A stretch of DNA of 20,000 nt from Trichomonas gallinae (lineage: Eukaryota). The translations under genes were made by a program, and so were the position numbers. Every line of letters begins with the position of its first letter. Position 1 is the stretch's first letter. The notes under the pieces were generated by a model. The model worked only from the letters and a program-made list of their open reading frames with translations. It had not been told where the DNA came from and made no database searches. Below are positions 1 to 8,972 of the stretch, one piece after another. Location: contig MRSU01010422.1 of assembly GCA_008369845.1 (NCBI GenBank), positions 49,276 through 69,275 on the forward strand, in the 5' to 3' direction.

Positions 1-964
1 TTTTATCTTTATATTGGTCAAAGTTATCAATTGTCAATATAACAAGCTGCCTTTTCGATACCAAGTGGTTCTGAGTGAAAGGATTAACTTTTTTCTCATT
101 TAGCAGTTTCAGCCACGTGCTATAATCCAAAACGTAGTCATCAGGTGATACAGCTGGTATTTCCATTGGTTTCTGCGTGATCATGTCGATATATCCGGGA
201 ATTGGATTCATTGCCATTCTTTCTTCGTTTTCTATAGATGTTGGACCTACTCTGACTCTTCTGTCGCCTTTAACGAAGTTGATGGCGATGTAATTCGACT
301 TCTTAGACTTGCTTTCTAATTTGTTTATATTGATATCATTCGTGATTTTTCCTTGCTTCTTTAATTTCTTAAGCAACTGCTCACAATCTTCTTCTGTTTT
401 GCCAAAAAATCGCGAACAAAACGCAGACCATGTCTGTTCCTCGATGAAATTGTTGTATTGATAAACAAATTCGCTAATTTCTTCCGGCTCCCAAATTGAG
501 TTGCCATTCTTCTTACTTGAGCGCTTCTTTTTGCGTGTAGAGTATGATTCTTCGTTATCATCGTCATCAGCATCGAGATCGGAATAAGATCTCGACATTG
601 GCTTCGATTTTACCTGTTCTCTTAAAGGGAAACCGCGTTGAGATGCCTCTGATATGACTGTTCTTGTGAATGCTGTCGATTTTAACTGCTCGAATAGTTC
701 ATTTACATCATCATTGCACAATTCTAAGCCAATGAAATAGTCAACTGGTCTTCCATCGGGCCACAGGTTCGATAAAGTCTGGAAATTTCTGTTTATTTTC
801 GATAATCGTATTTGCAAAAGTCTTTTGCGGAATTGCAATACCGATTCTTGAACTTCTTTGTCTAAATACGTTGGTGGTGGCTGCAAGAGTGGCTCAATCA
901 TCTCATATGACACAATTTCTTCCACTGTGTCTTGACTTTTGCTCTGTTCAAGAGCATCTGTCAT
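1..964 (-). CDS. Myb/SANT-like + C-terminal U-box protein (3' end beyond the window edge)
   Basis: Translated by hand from ATG at 964, open to base 1 (about 321 codons): MTDALEQSKSQ...; acidic/basic NLS-like patch DADDDDNEESYSTRKKKRSSKK; SANT-like IWEPEEISEF...WSAFCSRFFGKTEEDC (about 493-360); U-box-like NPIPGYIDMITQKPMEIPAVSPDDYVLDYSTWLKLLNEKKVNPFTQNHL (about 208-60). Inr-like TCACA lies about 20 nt upstream. Missing from the ORF track because there is no stop codon in the window. Confidence 0.85.
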   Translation of the reverse strand, partial: MTDALEQSKSQDTVEEIVSYEMIEPLLQPPPTYLDKEVQESVLQFRKRLLQIRLSKINRNFQTLSNLWPDGRPVDYFIGLELCNDDVNELFEQLKSTAFTRTVISEASQRGFPLREQVKSKPMSRSYSDLDADDDDNEESYSTRKKKRSSKKNGNSIWEPEEISEFVYQYNNFIEEQTWSAFCSRFFGKTEEDCEQLLKKLKKQGKITNDININKLESKSKKSNYIAINFVKGDRRVRVGPTSIENEERMAMNPIPGYIDMITQKPMEIPAVSPDDYVLDYSTWLKLLNEKKVNPFTQNHLVSKRQLVILTIDNFDQYKDK

Positions 965-1438
965 AGAGAAAAGGAGGCAAATGTGAATTTTTTTGCTTCA
1001 GAACAGCTCAAAATAACCTACAACATATATCCACACTGTTTCTGTTTTGTTTTTCGATGATTTTTATCTATCGGAAATTGATGACATAAAATTAAGCAAT
1101 TTCATATGTATATTTATACTATACTAACTCTATACATAATAATTTAATAGTCAAAAGTATTTACAATCGATGGAAAATTAAATTCCAAATATATTCATTT
1201 ATTTCAGCAATTTACATGAAAATATATCATATATAGCCATAGTAATTTACATTTTATCAGTCCTTTTTCTGATCTCATAATTATTCAATTTTTGATAAAT
1301 TATGTAATGAACAAATGCTAAAACTTGTAATGAAAAAAGTGAACTTGTTGTTGTATGTTGAACTATAATTGGTTTTGATAAGAGATATTTTTATATTCTG
1401 GAATTGAACAAACAATAGTATAGTAAATAGTTTTATGA

Positions 1439-1975
1439 TTACTTTTGAAATTGAACACTGTAACCTCCTGATTCGTTTTGCTGCAGTTTGAAGTTGTCTG
1501 TGCTTAATCCAAAAAGTCCTAAGAATTTATTACCTAAATCTTTGAGCTGACCCATTGCCTCCGTTTTTAGTTTCTCTGTTTCTTCAGCAGCTTGCTTCTT
1601 GCATTCTTCGTATTCTTTTGCATGAGTTTGTTCGACTGATGGGTCTTCTTCGATTGCCTTTTTGATTTCTTCAAGTGCTTCATTGTATTTTTCGATCTTT
1701 CGAAGGGCCCAGAATTTCCGTAGGCGAACTTTTGTATAATGTGGCTGATACGATAAAGATTTGTCACAATCTGATATGCAAAGTTCTGGAGATTCCAAAG
1801 CGACGAAGCATGCCGCACGATTACCATATAAAATCGATTTGGTTGCATCGTCGCATCCTGAATTTTCTTGTTCTGCATCAAGAATCGCATCTGAGTAACT
1901 ATCTCTTGCCTCTTCGTACTGTTTCTGTTGATAAAACTGGTTTCCTTTTGCTTTGTTCTCTAAAATTTGTTCCAT
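1439..1975 (-). CDS. TPR-repeat protein, TTC1-like co-chaperone
   Basis: 178-aa ORF with three TPR-like repeats (KAKGNQFY..., LYGNRAACF..., KVRLRKFWA...). The C-terminal LKDLGNKFLGLFGLSTDNFKLQQNESGGYSVQF matches the TTC1 family tail as I recall it. Confidence 0.85.
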   Translation of the reverse strand: MEQILENKAKGNQFYQQKQYEEARDSYSDAILDAEQENSGCDDATKSILYGNRAACFVALESPELCISDCDKSLSYQPHYTKVRLRKFWALRKIEKYNEALEEIKKAIEEDPSVEQTHAKEYEECKKQAAEETEKLKTEAMGQLKDLGNKFLGLFGLSTDNFKLQQNESGGYSVQFQK

Positions 1976-2033
1976 CGATTATTGTCACTTTTAATACCAA
2001 AAAAGGTTATTTGTCGCTTTTATAGTTATAAAA
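1976..2033. promoter_or_regulatory. 58-bp divergent (putative bidirectional) promoter
   Basis: Head-to-head ATGs at 1975 (-) and 2034 (+). Contains TGTCACTTTT at 1983-1992 (AAAAGTGACA on the minus strand; includes Inr-like TCACT on plus) and a variant TGTCGCTTTT at 2012-2021. Confidence 0.65.
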
Positions 2034-3275
2034 ATGAGTACTACAAGATCCATGAGTGTTATTGAGAAATCAGTAAAATATTTACAAACAAAATATGGAG
2101 ATTTCGAAGCTTCTATTGAAAAGTTGTTCCATTTATCAAGAAAAGATGATTTGGAGCAATTTTTCAACGAAATTTGCGCAGTTGTAATGAATCATAATAT
2201 TCATCCCAAAACAATGTTATATATCATACATATTGCTGCATCAGTGCATGTAGCAGCGCTTCCTTTATATGCTAAATTATACGAATTATTTTATAAGAAG
2301 TTCAAAGTTAAACTAGTGAAGCACATGATACACAATGCAACATTCTGCCTTATATGCTGCCAAATGTTCAAACAAGACTGGGATATAAGTTCTTATTCTC
2401 AACATAATTTATCACTCAACGAATTGTTATACATTTATCCTGAAAATCACATTCTTCATTTCATAGTACAAGATAAAGTTGATGATTTTCGGATTTTGAC
2501 ACAAGGAGGAGATTTTGATTTTGATATGCACGTTGAAGGTAAGAAACTAATCGATTGGGCAGCACACTATGGCTCATTGAACTGTTTCAGATACTTGATG
2601 AGCAGAAATGCGAAGATGACATTTACAACATTAAAAGATTCTTTTCACGGCGGGCAAAACGAGATTGTTTCAGATATTATGAGAATAACGGGTGGAAAAT
2701 ATACTCCAGACGCTAGCTGCATGGATGCTGCCGTTAGATCTCATGATAATAAATCTGTTCAGTATCTATTTGCCAATTATCATTTACATTATGAGCTAGC
2801 TTTATCAGCAGCGTATTATAACTTTAAATTGTACGCGAATGCGATTTCAGTTCCAGAACCAAAGAACGTTGACCTAACATCTGTTATATTATTTGGCATT
2901 CCATCATTAGTCAAATATTTTGTTGATCAGAAGGCAAATGCAAAAATTACAAATTCTGATGGAAAAACTTGTTTGCATATACTCGCTATGCTCGATAATC
3001 CAGACCTAGCTAAGATGTTTTTGGATTACGGAGTTGACGTTGATGCTAAAAATAAGAATGGAGAAACACCACTTCATGTTTGCGCAATAAATAACTCGAT
3101 GAATGTTGCACAAGTGCTTATTGCACATGGTGCTAATATTGAAGAAAAGAACAATGCTGGAGAAACGCCATTAATGCTTTCGACAAAATATTCTGCTATT
3201 GAAACAGGAAGAGTTCTTGTTGAAAACAAAGCAAATATCAATGAGATCAAAATCAAACCTTCTGGATCCACATAA
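2034..3275 (+). CDS. Ankyrin-repeat protein with trichomonad DUF3447-type region
   Basis: 413-aa ORF. DUF3447-like AAHYGSLNCFRYL...GGQNEIV...AVRSHDN followed by ankyrin repeats GKTCLHILA, GETPLHVCA and GETPLMLST with GVDVDAKN/GANIEEKN linkers. Confidence 0.92.
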   Translation: MSTTRSMSVIEKSVKYLQTKYGDFEASIEKLFHLSRKDDLEQFFNEICAVVMNHNIHPKTMLYIIHIAASVHVAALPLYAKLYELFYKKFKVKLVKHMIHNATFCLICCQMFKQDWDISSYSQHNLSLNELLYIYPENHILHFIVQDKVDDFRILTQGGDFDFDMHVEGKKLIDWAAHYGSLNCFRYLMSRNAKMTFTTLKDSFHGGQNEIVSDIMRITGGKYTPDASCMDAAVRSHDNKSVQYLFANYHLHYELALSAAYYNFKLYANAISVPEPKNVDLTSVILFGIPSLVKYFVDQKANAKITNSDGKTCLHILAMLDNPDLAKMFLDYGVDVDAKNKNGETPLHVCAINNSMNVAQVLIAHGANIEEKNNAGETPLMLSTKYSAIETGRVLVENKANINEIKIKPSGST

Positions 3276-3405
3276 GATCAATAAATAAATTGTTTGTATT
3301 TTTATTAATCTTAGCTTTTAATTTCATCGCCCCAAATCACAGCCTGGTGAAACCAAAGCATATTGCAATATAATAAAAACGAATATAAAAATAATTATAA
3401 AATTT

Positions 3406-3633
3406 AAAATATTTAGTTTAATTTCAATTTTATTTAGTGAAATATGATTACCGCAAGATAATGAACATCAATTCAATATTGAAAATCGATAAAAAATTAA
3501 TTTTAATTTTTCATAAAAATATTTGGTTTAAATTCAATTTTTTTATGTGAAATATGATTCCTTCAAAATAATGATCATTGATTGAATATTGATAATCGAT
3601 AACGTTTTAATTTTAATTTTTCTTAAAAATATT
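3406..3633. repeat. Tandem duplication, 110-bp unit x2
   Basis: AAAATATTT(A/G)GTTTA...GTGAAATATGATT...ATAATGA...AATATTGA.AATCGATAA...TTAATTTTAATTTTTC starts at 3406 and again at 3516. AAAATATT restarts at 3626. The copies are colinear with scattered substitutions. Confidence 0.9.
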
Positions 3634-3731
3634 ATCAAGAAAAACCAATATTTGCAATATAAAAAGTGAATTTTATGATGCAACAGTTTCATTGTTGATG
3701 CTAGACTTTAATTAAGGTTTCAAAAATTTTA

Positions 3732-4565
3732 ATGGTTACTGCGGAATCTATACCTGTCTTCACTGCAAGTATTATGCTTGCGTATTCCTTCTTCAGGCTT
3801 ATTCTGACGTTGTTTAAAAAAGGAAAGCAGTCGATTTGTAAATATTGGAGCAGATTTTTATTCAGATTATTCTTTTTAGCGCATGTTATCCTTTACTTGC
3901 TCACAACAATCCCAGATCTCAGCGATATTATTATAACAGGATATATTTCTCGTGCTTCTCTTCCGATAGCTTTAGGTTTTCTCGTGATTTCGATTCAAGA
4001 TTTTGTCTGTTACTCAAATCGTGATCCAACATTCATCAAGCGCCAGTGGATATGGCTTGTATTGCCATTTATCACACTTATGATTACATGTCAAATTGAT
4101 TTATATCAAGCAAATAATAATCTTGATTATGAGATCGCGAAAAAGTCACGTATAGTGTACGAAGTTACTCTAGATGTATTTATTACAACACTTATCATTA
4201 TTCCTTCGATTTATTTCTTATTCGAAATCAAAAGAAACGATTTTTCTGATTCGCTTAGGTGCAAGATATACACAGCCTTCTGCTTCTTTTTTGTTGATAT
4301 AATTTTCTTGTATCTTTGTCTCTTTTTCGAGATCAGACTAATTCTTGGAGATGCAGTTTTCAAACGAAGAGATTTCGTTCTTCTCATGAAATCATCAAGA
4401 GATCCAGTTATGATCATGGTGTGTTTCACACAAGATATGGTCGATTGGATGCTTAAGTGGATTTATTTAGACGAAGATGCAATTCTCAAGCAAGATGATG
4501 AAAATATTTCCCCAACTATTGGAGACACACCACTTGAAATAGAATTAGTTGGCGCTGATGTTTAA
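3732..4565 (+). CDS. Hypothetical multi-pass membrane protein (about 6-7 TM)
   Basis: 277-aa ORF with regularly spaced hydrophobic segments (IPVFTASIMLAYSFF, FLFRLFFLAHVILYLL, SLPIALGFLVISI, WIWLVLPFITLMI, VFITTLIIIPSIYFLF, IYTAFCFFFVDIIFLYLCLFF, possibly VMIMVCF) and an acidic C-terminal tail. Confidence 0.75.
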   Translation: MVTAESIPVFTASIMLAYSFFRLILTLFKKGKQSICKYWSRFLFRLFFLAHVILYLLTTIPDLSDIIITGYISRASLPIALGFLVISIQDFVCYSNRDPTFIKRQWIWLVLPFITLMITCQIDLYQANNNLDYEIAKKSRIVYEVTLDVFITTLIIIPSIYFLFEIKRNDFSDSLRCKIYTAFCFFFVDIIFLYLCLFFEIRLILGDAVFKRRDFVLLMKSSRDPVMIMVCFTQDMVDWMLKWIYLDEDAILKQDDENISPTIGDTPLEIELVGADV

Positions 4566-4673
4566 TTTCAATTTTTTTCAAAAATTGTGCTGTTATTATT
4601 AAAATAAAACACGTCTATTCATATACAAAAGAAATTTTAGCGTTGATGATGTAACAGATTAAATGAAAATAGC

Positions 4674-5516
4674 TTACTGGAACAAAGTACGAGATATTTT
4701 TCTTACAATATATACGTAATATGGTCTATCAGACTGCAATGGCTTCTTGAGCTCCTGGACGTCCTCTAGTTTAATCATCAATTCGATTGGTCTGTCAAAG
4801 AAATGTTGATAATATTTTGGCTCAACGTTTGAAACGCAAATAAATATTCCTTTCTTTGTCAGCAGTCTGGCAACCTCAGCAACATATGCGTTGACGTCTT
4901 TTTCACCGAGATGGAATAAACAATCTAATGTAGCCTTATCGATAATTGCTCCATATTCTCCGTCTGGGTATTTCATGTCACGGACATCCATGACTTTGAA
5001 TGTAAGATTTTCGACTTCTTTATTTAACTTTTTCATTTTAACGATTGCTGGTTTTGCGAAATCTATAGCTACGACGCTTTCATATCCATCCTTTGCCAAT
5101 GATGGTGCAAGGACAGATGTGCCAGTGCCTGTAACAAGTATTTTTGTCTCTTTTTCGATATTATTTTCGATTAATTTCTTTAAATCAACTGGATCAAGAT
5201 ACCATTCTGTCAATTCCACATCATTAGTATATAATTTTTCCCAGTATGAGTGCTCTCCGAACTCAGGGAGCTCTTCTTCAGGGTTATCATCGTATGTAAT
5301 GCCCTCAAGAGGATCTACTTCTGGCTCTGGAGGTGGAGGCGGAGCTGCCTTCTCCTTTGCCTCCTCTGGGTGCTCGCTTGGCTGCTCCTCGCTTTGTTCT
5401 GAATTTGCAACAGGCATAACACCGCTTTCATCCTGAATAGAGGCTGAGGACTCTTGTTCTGTATTAGTTTCAGTGTAATCTGTGCTTTCGTAATAGCTTC
5501 CCTCAGTAGAACTCAT
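4674..5516 (-). CDS. Class I SAM-dependent methyltransferase, METTL13-N/EEF1AKMT4-like, with acidic N-terminal extension
   Basis: 280-aa ORF with family-type motifs YWEKLY, EWY, motif I KILVTGTGTS, post-I VVAIDF, VMDVRDM and motif II IIDKATLDCL. The first 80 or so residues are low-complexity E/S/P. Confidence 0.85.
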   Translation of the reverse strand: MSSTEGSYYESTDYTETNTEQESSASIQDESGVMPVANSEQSEEQPSEHPEEAKEKAAPPPPPEPEVDPLEGITYDDNPEEELPEFGEHSYWEKLYTNDVELTEWYLDPVDLKKLIENNIEKETKILVTGTGTSVLAPSLAKDGYESVVAIDFAKPAIVKMKKLNKEVENLTFKVMDVRDMKYPDGEYGAIIDKATLDCLFHLGEKDVNAYVAEVARLLTKKGIFICVSNVEPKYYQHFFDRPIELMIKLEDVQELKKPLQSDRPYYVYIVRKISRTLFQ

Positions 5517-5811
5517 TCACCCAAAAAAATAACGTAATTTTTATCGTCTTCTGTCTGACACAACTTTACAAATATTTACATGACAAAAATAAATCTCAAT
5601 TCCCAAACTCTATTTATAACATTCTTATTTGCTCTACAATCATTTCAGCTAAAAATTTATGTTTAATTCTTTCATTTCAAAATCGATTGATATATTTTCC
5701 CCAATATAATCAATAATTAATAAATATTGATACATTACGCATCGCCAATGTTATAATAAGAAAATGAACATAAATTTAACATTTTATGAAGATAAAATAA
5801 ATACAAAACAT

Positions 5812-6618
5812 TTATACTAACATTTTCCCTCTGCGATTGAACTGTTCATAAGGAGAAGGTCCTTTGTTCTTTTTCCTAGGTCCAAGGAATGATATTCTAT
5901 CGTCGTCGAATTTCTTCTTGTTTGATTCACCTTGAAGCTTGAAGAGAGTATAAATAATGATACCAATGATTAAAACAGATCCGAAAATAAATGGAAATAG
6001 TCGAATTGGATCAACTTTCTCTGTATATTTGAAGAAAAACTCCTCTGTACTCCATATATCGGCATTGAATGATATACTGATAGGTACAACTTCAGATTTT
6101 CGTTTCGGAGATTCGCATTGAATATAATCTGGTGTAATTACAATAGCATCGATTGGAATAGATCCAAATTTGCAATATGCAACTTTTGGTGTATTTTTAT
6201 CTTCGTATATGTAAGAGATGTTAATTTTTGTTCCAGATAAACCGTATGAAGGCGAGAGACCGACTATTTTTGGTATTATTGGCTTGCAGCTTTCAGTTCC
6301 ATCACCACTGTAGCCATTTCTGCATTGACATTTTCCAGGAAAAACGCATTTGGCATCATCATGGCAGTCTTCTTCGCAATTCCAGCATCCACTTTCATTA
6401 TTTGGATTACCAAACGGAAAACCATTCTTGCATACGCATTTACCTGTTTGCAATTTGATTGTATTTGGTCCTATACAAGATTCAATCAGCTGATCTGGTG
6501 GAAATATCGGTTCTGGTTCATGCTTGTATTCCCCTGCTCTGTCGTGGTTTTGGTGGTAATGCTTATCACCTCTACGCTTCCTTTCTAATGATTCCGAAAA
6601 AAGCAGGAAAAGAAACAT
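5812..6618 (-). CDS. Type I membrane protein with EGF-like and IPT/TIG domains
   Basis: Short hydrophobic N-terminus MFLFLLFS; Cys-rich EGF-like CHDDAKCVFPGKCQCRNGYSGDGTESC; IPT-like PKIVGLSPSYG...YCKFG...IQCESP...ISISFNA; TM LFPFIFGSVLIIGIIIYTLF; basic tail. AAAAGTGACA lies immediately before the ATG (6620-6629). Confidence 0.85.
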   Translation of the reverse strand: MFLFLLFSESLERKRRGDKHYHQNHDRAGEYKHEPEPIFPPDQLIESCIGPNTIKLQTGKCVCKNGFPFGNPNNESGCWNCEEDCHDDAKCVFPGKCQCRNGYSGDGTESCKPIIPKIVGLSPSYGLSGTKINISYIYEDKNTPKVAYCKFGSIPIDAIVITPDYIQCESPKRKSEVVPISISFNADIWSTEEFFFKYTEKVDPIRLFPFIFGSVLIIGIIIYTLFKLQGESNKKKFDDDRISFLGPRKKNKGPSPYEQFNRRGKMLV

Positions 6619-6747
6619 CTGTCACTTTTTAATCTGGAGATGATTTGCACTTTTTTAGAAATTATCAATCTGACATTTGACTCTTTACAAAGTCAGATTT
6701 CCCAAAAAATTTGCTATTCAATTGGAGAGGATTTGCACTTTTTGGAA

Positions 6748-6895
6748 TAAAACTGACAATCTATAGTACCAATTTAAACATTTTCTATAGTACACTGATA
6801 AAACTATTCTAGAGTGCACTGACAAAACTAATATAGAATGCCCTACTAAAACATATTCTATTGTATCATGGCAAACATATTCTATAGTGCTCTGG
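6748..6895. repeat. Degenerate 24-bp tandem repeat, about 6 copies
   Basis: Core CTATAGTAC/CTAGAGTGC-like words at 6761, 6785, 6809, 6833, 6858 and 6882 (spacing 24, 24, 24, 25, 24), each preceded by an AAAC word. Approximate consensus AAAC(A)TATTCTATAGTRCACTGAY. Confidence 0.8.
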
Positions 6896-7137
6896 ATCCT
6901 GCTGAGAGTTCTGGATTGAGTCTTGTTCGCTAGTCTGAGTTGGATCATGCTTGATTCTTTTCTGTGGACTGGGCCTCATCTTGCGGCTGCGGCATGGGTT
7001 TATTACATTGCAATCCGTAAAAACGCTGGAGGATTATTACAATAATAACTGTCCGATTTAGTTTCAAATCATCATATGAATGAAAACTATGATAAAATTA
7101 AAAATATAATCGAAATAAATTTTATTTAAAAAACAGG

Positions 7138-8694
7138 TTAATCACGTGTGAGATCTTCTTCCTCTTCGCTGCTGGAGTTCTTGCATGCACATGCAGCCTT
7201 CAAAAGAGACCTGTCATTCGCAGGAGTAAACTTTCCTTGTGCCATCTTCTGTTTGTACATTGCTTTGACTTCTGCTATAGTAGGCTTCTTGCTTGCAACT
7301 CTTCTGGCCGATCCAGGCTTAGATGTGACAGGTTCTGGCTTTGTGACAGCATCTGATCCTTTTTCAACGTATTCCTTAAGATTTACATTTTTCACATCAA
7401 TTTCGAATAAATGCTTCATCTTTTCATCAGGTTTTGCTGCTGATTCAGCGCAAAAACCCAACATTTCTCTAGGAATATTTCCATATTCAATTCCATTTGC
7501 GCAGCTTTCTTCGATATACGTCTTCAGCCAAGCGAGTTCAAGTGAGTAAAAGTCTGATATGAGCATAAGTGCGAGATCTACGCGTCTGCTGTACTTCTTT
7601 GCCTTTAATGCGTAAGAAATAAATTCAACAAGTCTGTTAATGAGCTGTTTCGTGTTATTTTTGAGATCAAGGATTGACTCATATTTAGAGAAAGCCTTAA
7701 TGACAGTTATTCTCGCACAATTTGCTAAAATTTTATGTGAAGTTGATAACTTGTAGAGATAACTGAAAACATCTGTTGGATTTTTAACGTACTTGAGGTG
7801 CAAAATTCTTGAAAGAATGGATATATCATTCTGATCAAAGATTCCTCCATTGATAATATTTTTCGCAAGAGAAACAAAACCAAACATATCCGGATGAACA
7901 GTAATAGCAAATCGTATTGCTGGATAATGTAGAATGTGATTTCGCGAAAATGCACCGCAGAATCTCATTAATTCGTCCGCTTGAACTTTTGGAGCGAGTT
8001 TCATTAATTGGCTCTTAAAAAGAGATGTTGCTAGGCGAAATGCTTCGATTGATATATATCCTTTGCATCTCTTTGCTGTTCTTGTAATTGTTCTAAAAAG
8101 TGAAACGATTTTATTGTTTTCGATGTCTTGACCTTGTGTGAGAAACTCCGAGAGCTGGATCAAAGCGTTGATCAACTCAATGCGTGAAAATATCGCTTGC
8201 TCGTCAATAATATTTGTAGGCTCAATCATCGGGCAGTAATGATCGAATAACATTTCGGTGACGTAAATGTTGAGCTTTAGTGGCGTTTCCTGGCCTCTTT
8301 GGAAAGCGGCACTCAAAATTTTCAAAAACATATGTGGATCATTAACAGTTTCTGCGAATTCCCAAATCGGCCTGAATATATTGCAATCTGTATTGATGTA
8401 TTGCATCAAATTTTTGATTCCATCGATAGTATTCGGATTTAATGTATCTTTATTGCCAAAAACGAACTGTGTGAATGCTTTAAAGTCAGATATATTGGGT
8501 ATTATTGTATTCGGAAACATTTTCGCAAGAACATTACTTGCATCTGTAAGGTAATTCGTTGGATTTGCTTCATTCTCGTAAAAAGAAGCGAATAAAGGTG
8601 AAATTTTGGAGAATACAGCTCTGCAGTTTTCCAATTTTTCAAAATCATCGACATTTCCGAATATACTTGTTTTCCAGCTTTCGTAATCACTCAT
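7138..8694 (-). CDS. Hypothetical protein (probably alpha-helical, basic low-complexity C-terminus)
   Basis: 518-aa uninterrupted ORF flanked by AT-rich intergenic DNA. I recognised no domain. Confidence 0.8.
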   Translation of the reverse strand: MSDYESWKTSIFGNVDDFEKLENCRAVFSKISPLFASFYENEANPTNYLTDASNVLAKMFPNTIIPNISDFKAFTQFVFGNKDTLNPNTIDGIKNLMQYINTDCNIFRPIWEFAETVNDPHMFLKILSAAFQRGQETPLKLNIYVTEMLFDHYCPMIEPTNIIDEQAIFSRIELINALIQLSEFLTQGQDIENNKIVSLFRTITRTAKRCKGYISIEAFRLATSLFKSQLMKLAPKVQADELMRFCGAFSRNHILHYPAIRFAITVHPDMFGFVSLAKNIINGGIFDQNDISILSRILHLKYVKNPTDVFSYLYKLSTSHKILANCARITVIKAFSKYESILDLKNNTKQLINRLVEFISYALKAKKYSRRVDLALMLISDFYSLELAWLKTYIEESCANGIEYGNIPREMLGFCAESAAKPDEKMKHLFEIDVKNVNLKEYVEKGSDAVTKPEPVTSKPGSARRVASKKPTIAEVKAMYKQKMAQGKFTPANDRSLLKAACACKNSSSEEEEDLTRD

Positions 8695-8756
8695 TATTAA
8701 AATCTAACGTACCTCTTATTTTTATTTTAGACCCTGCAATATACTGTCAATCCCTC

Positions 8757-8845
8757 ATTATTTACATGTCAAATCAAACTTTACACTACAAAAATATACA
8801 TGTTATTATTTACATGTCAAACATAGCATTACACGACAAAAATCT
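8757..8845. repeat. Direct repeat, 48-bp unit x2, upstream of the 518-aa gene
   Basis: ATTATTTACATGTCAAA...TTACAC(T/G)ACAAAAAT at 8757 and 8805. Confidence 0.85.
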
Positions 8846-8972
8846 TAATACCTTCAAATCTATATTTCATTTGTCTATTGATATGTATCATAACATATTC
8901 TAATCTAGATTAACAAAAAATATGTTATAACTTATTTAATAGTTATTTTTTTTGAATCACCAAGAGTATTCA

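Noticed and set aside
1239..1259. Similarity of ATAGTAATTTACATTTTATCA to ATAGTAATTTCACATTTTATCA near 11149
   Set aside because: A short match in very AT-rich DNA that does not extend convincingly.
4891..5436. 181-aa antisense ORF, and similar nested ORFs at 361-573, 1567-1890, 1675-2025, 3074-3271, 4211-4429, 6228-6588, 7148-7549, 17043-17465 and others
   Set aside because: They lie within better-supported genes, and their composition reflects the codon bias of the real frame.
6718..6948. 76-aa ORF across the 24-bp repeat
   Set aside because: Its repetitive peptide (TIEYV, VLSV) simply mirrors the DNA repeat; there is no other coding evidence.
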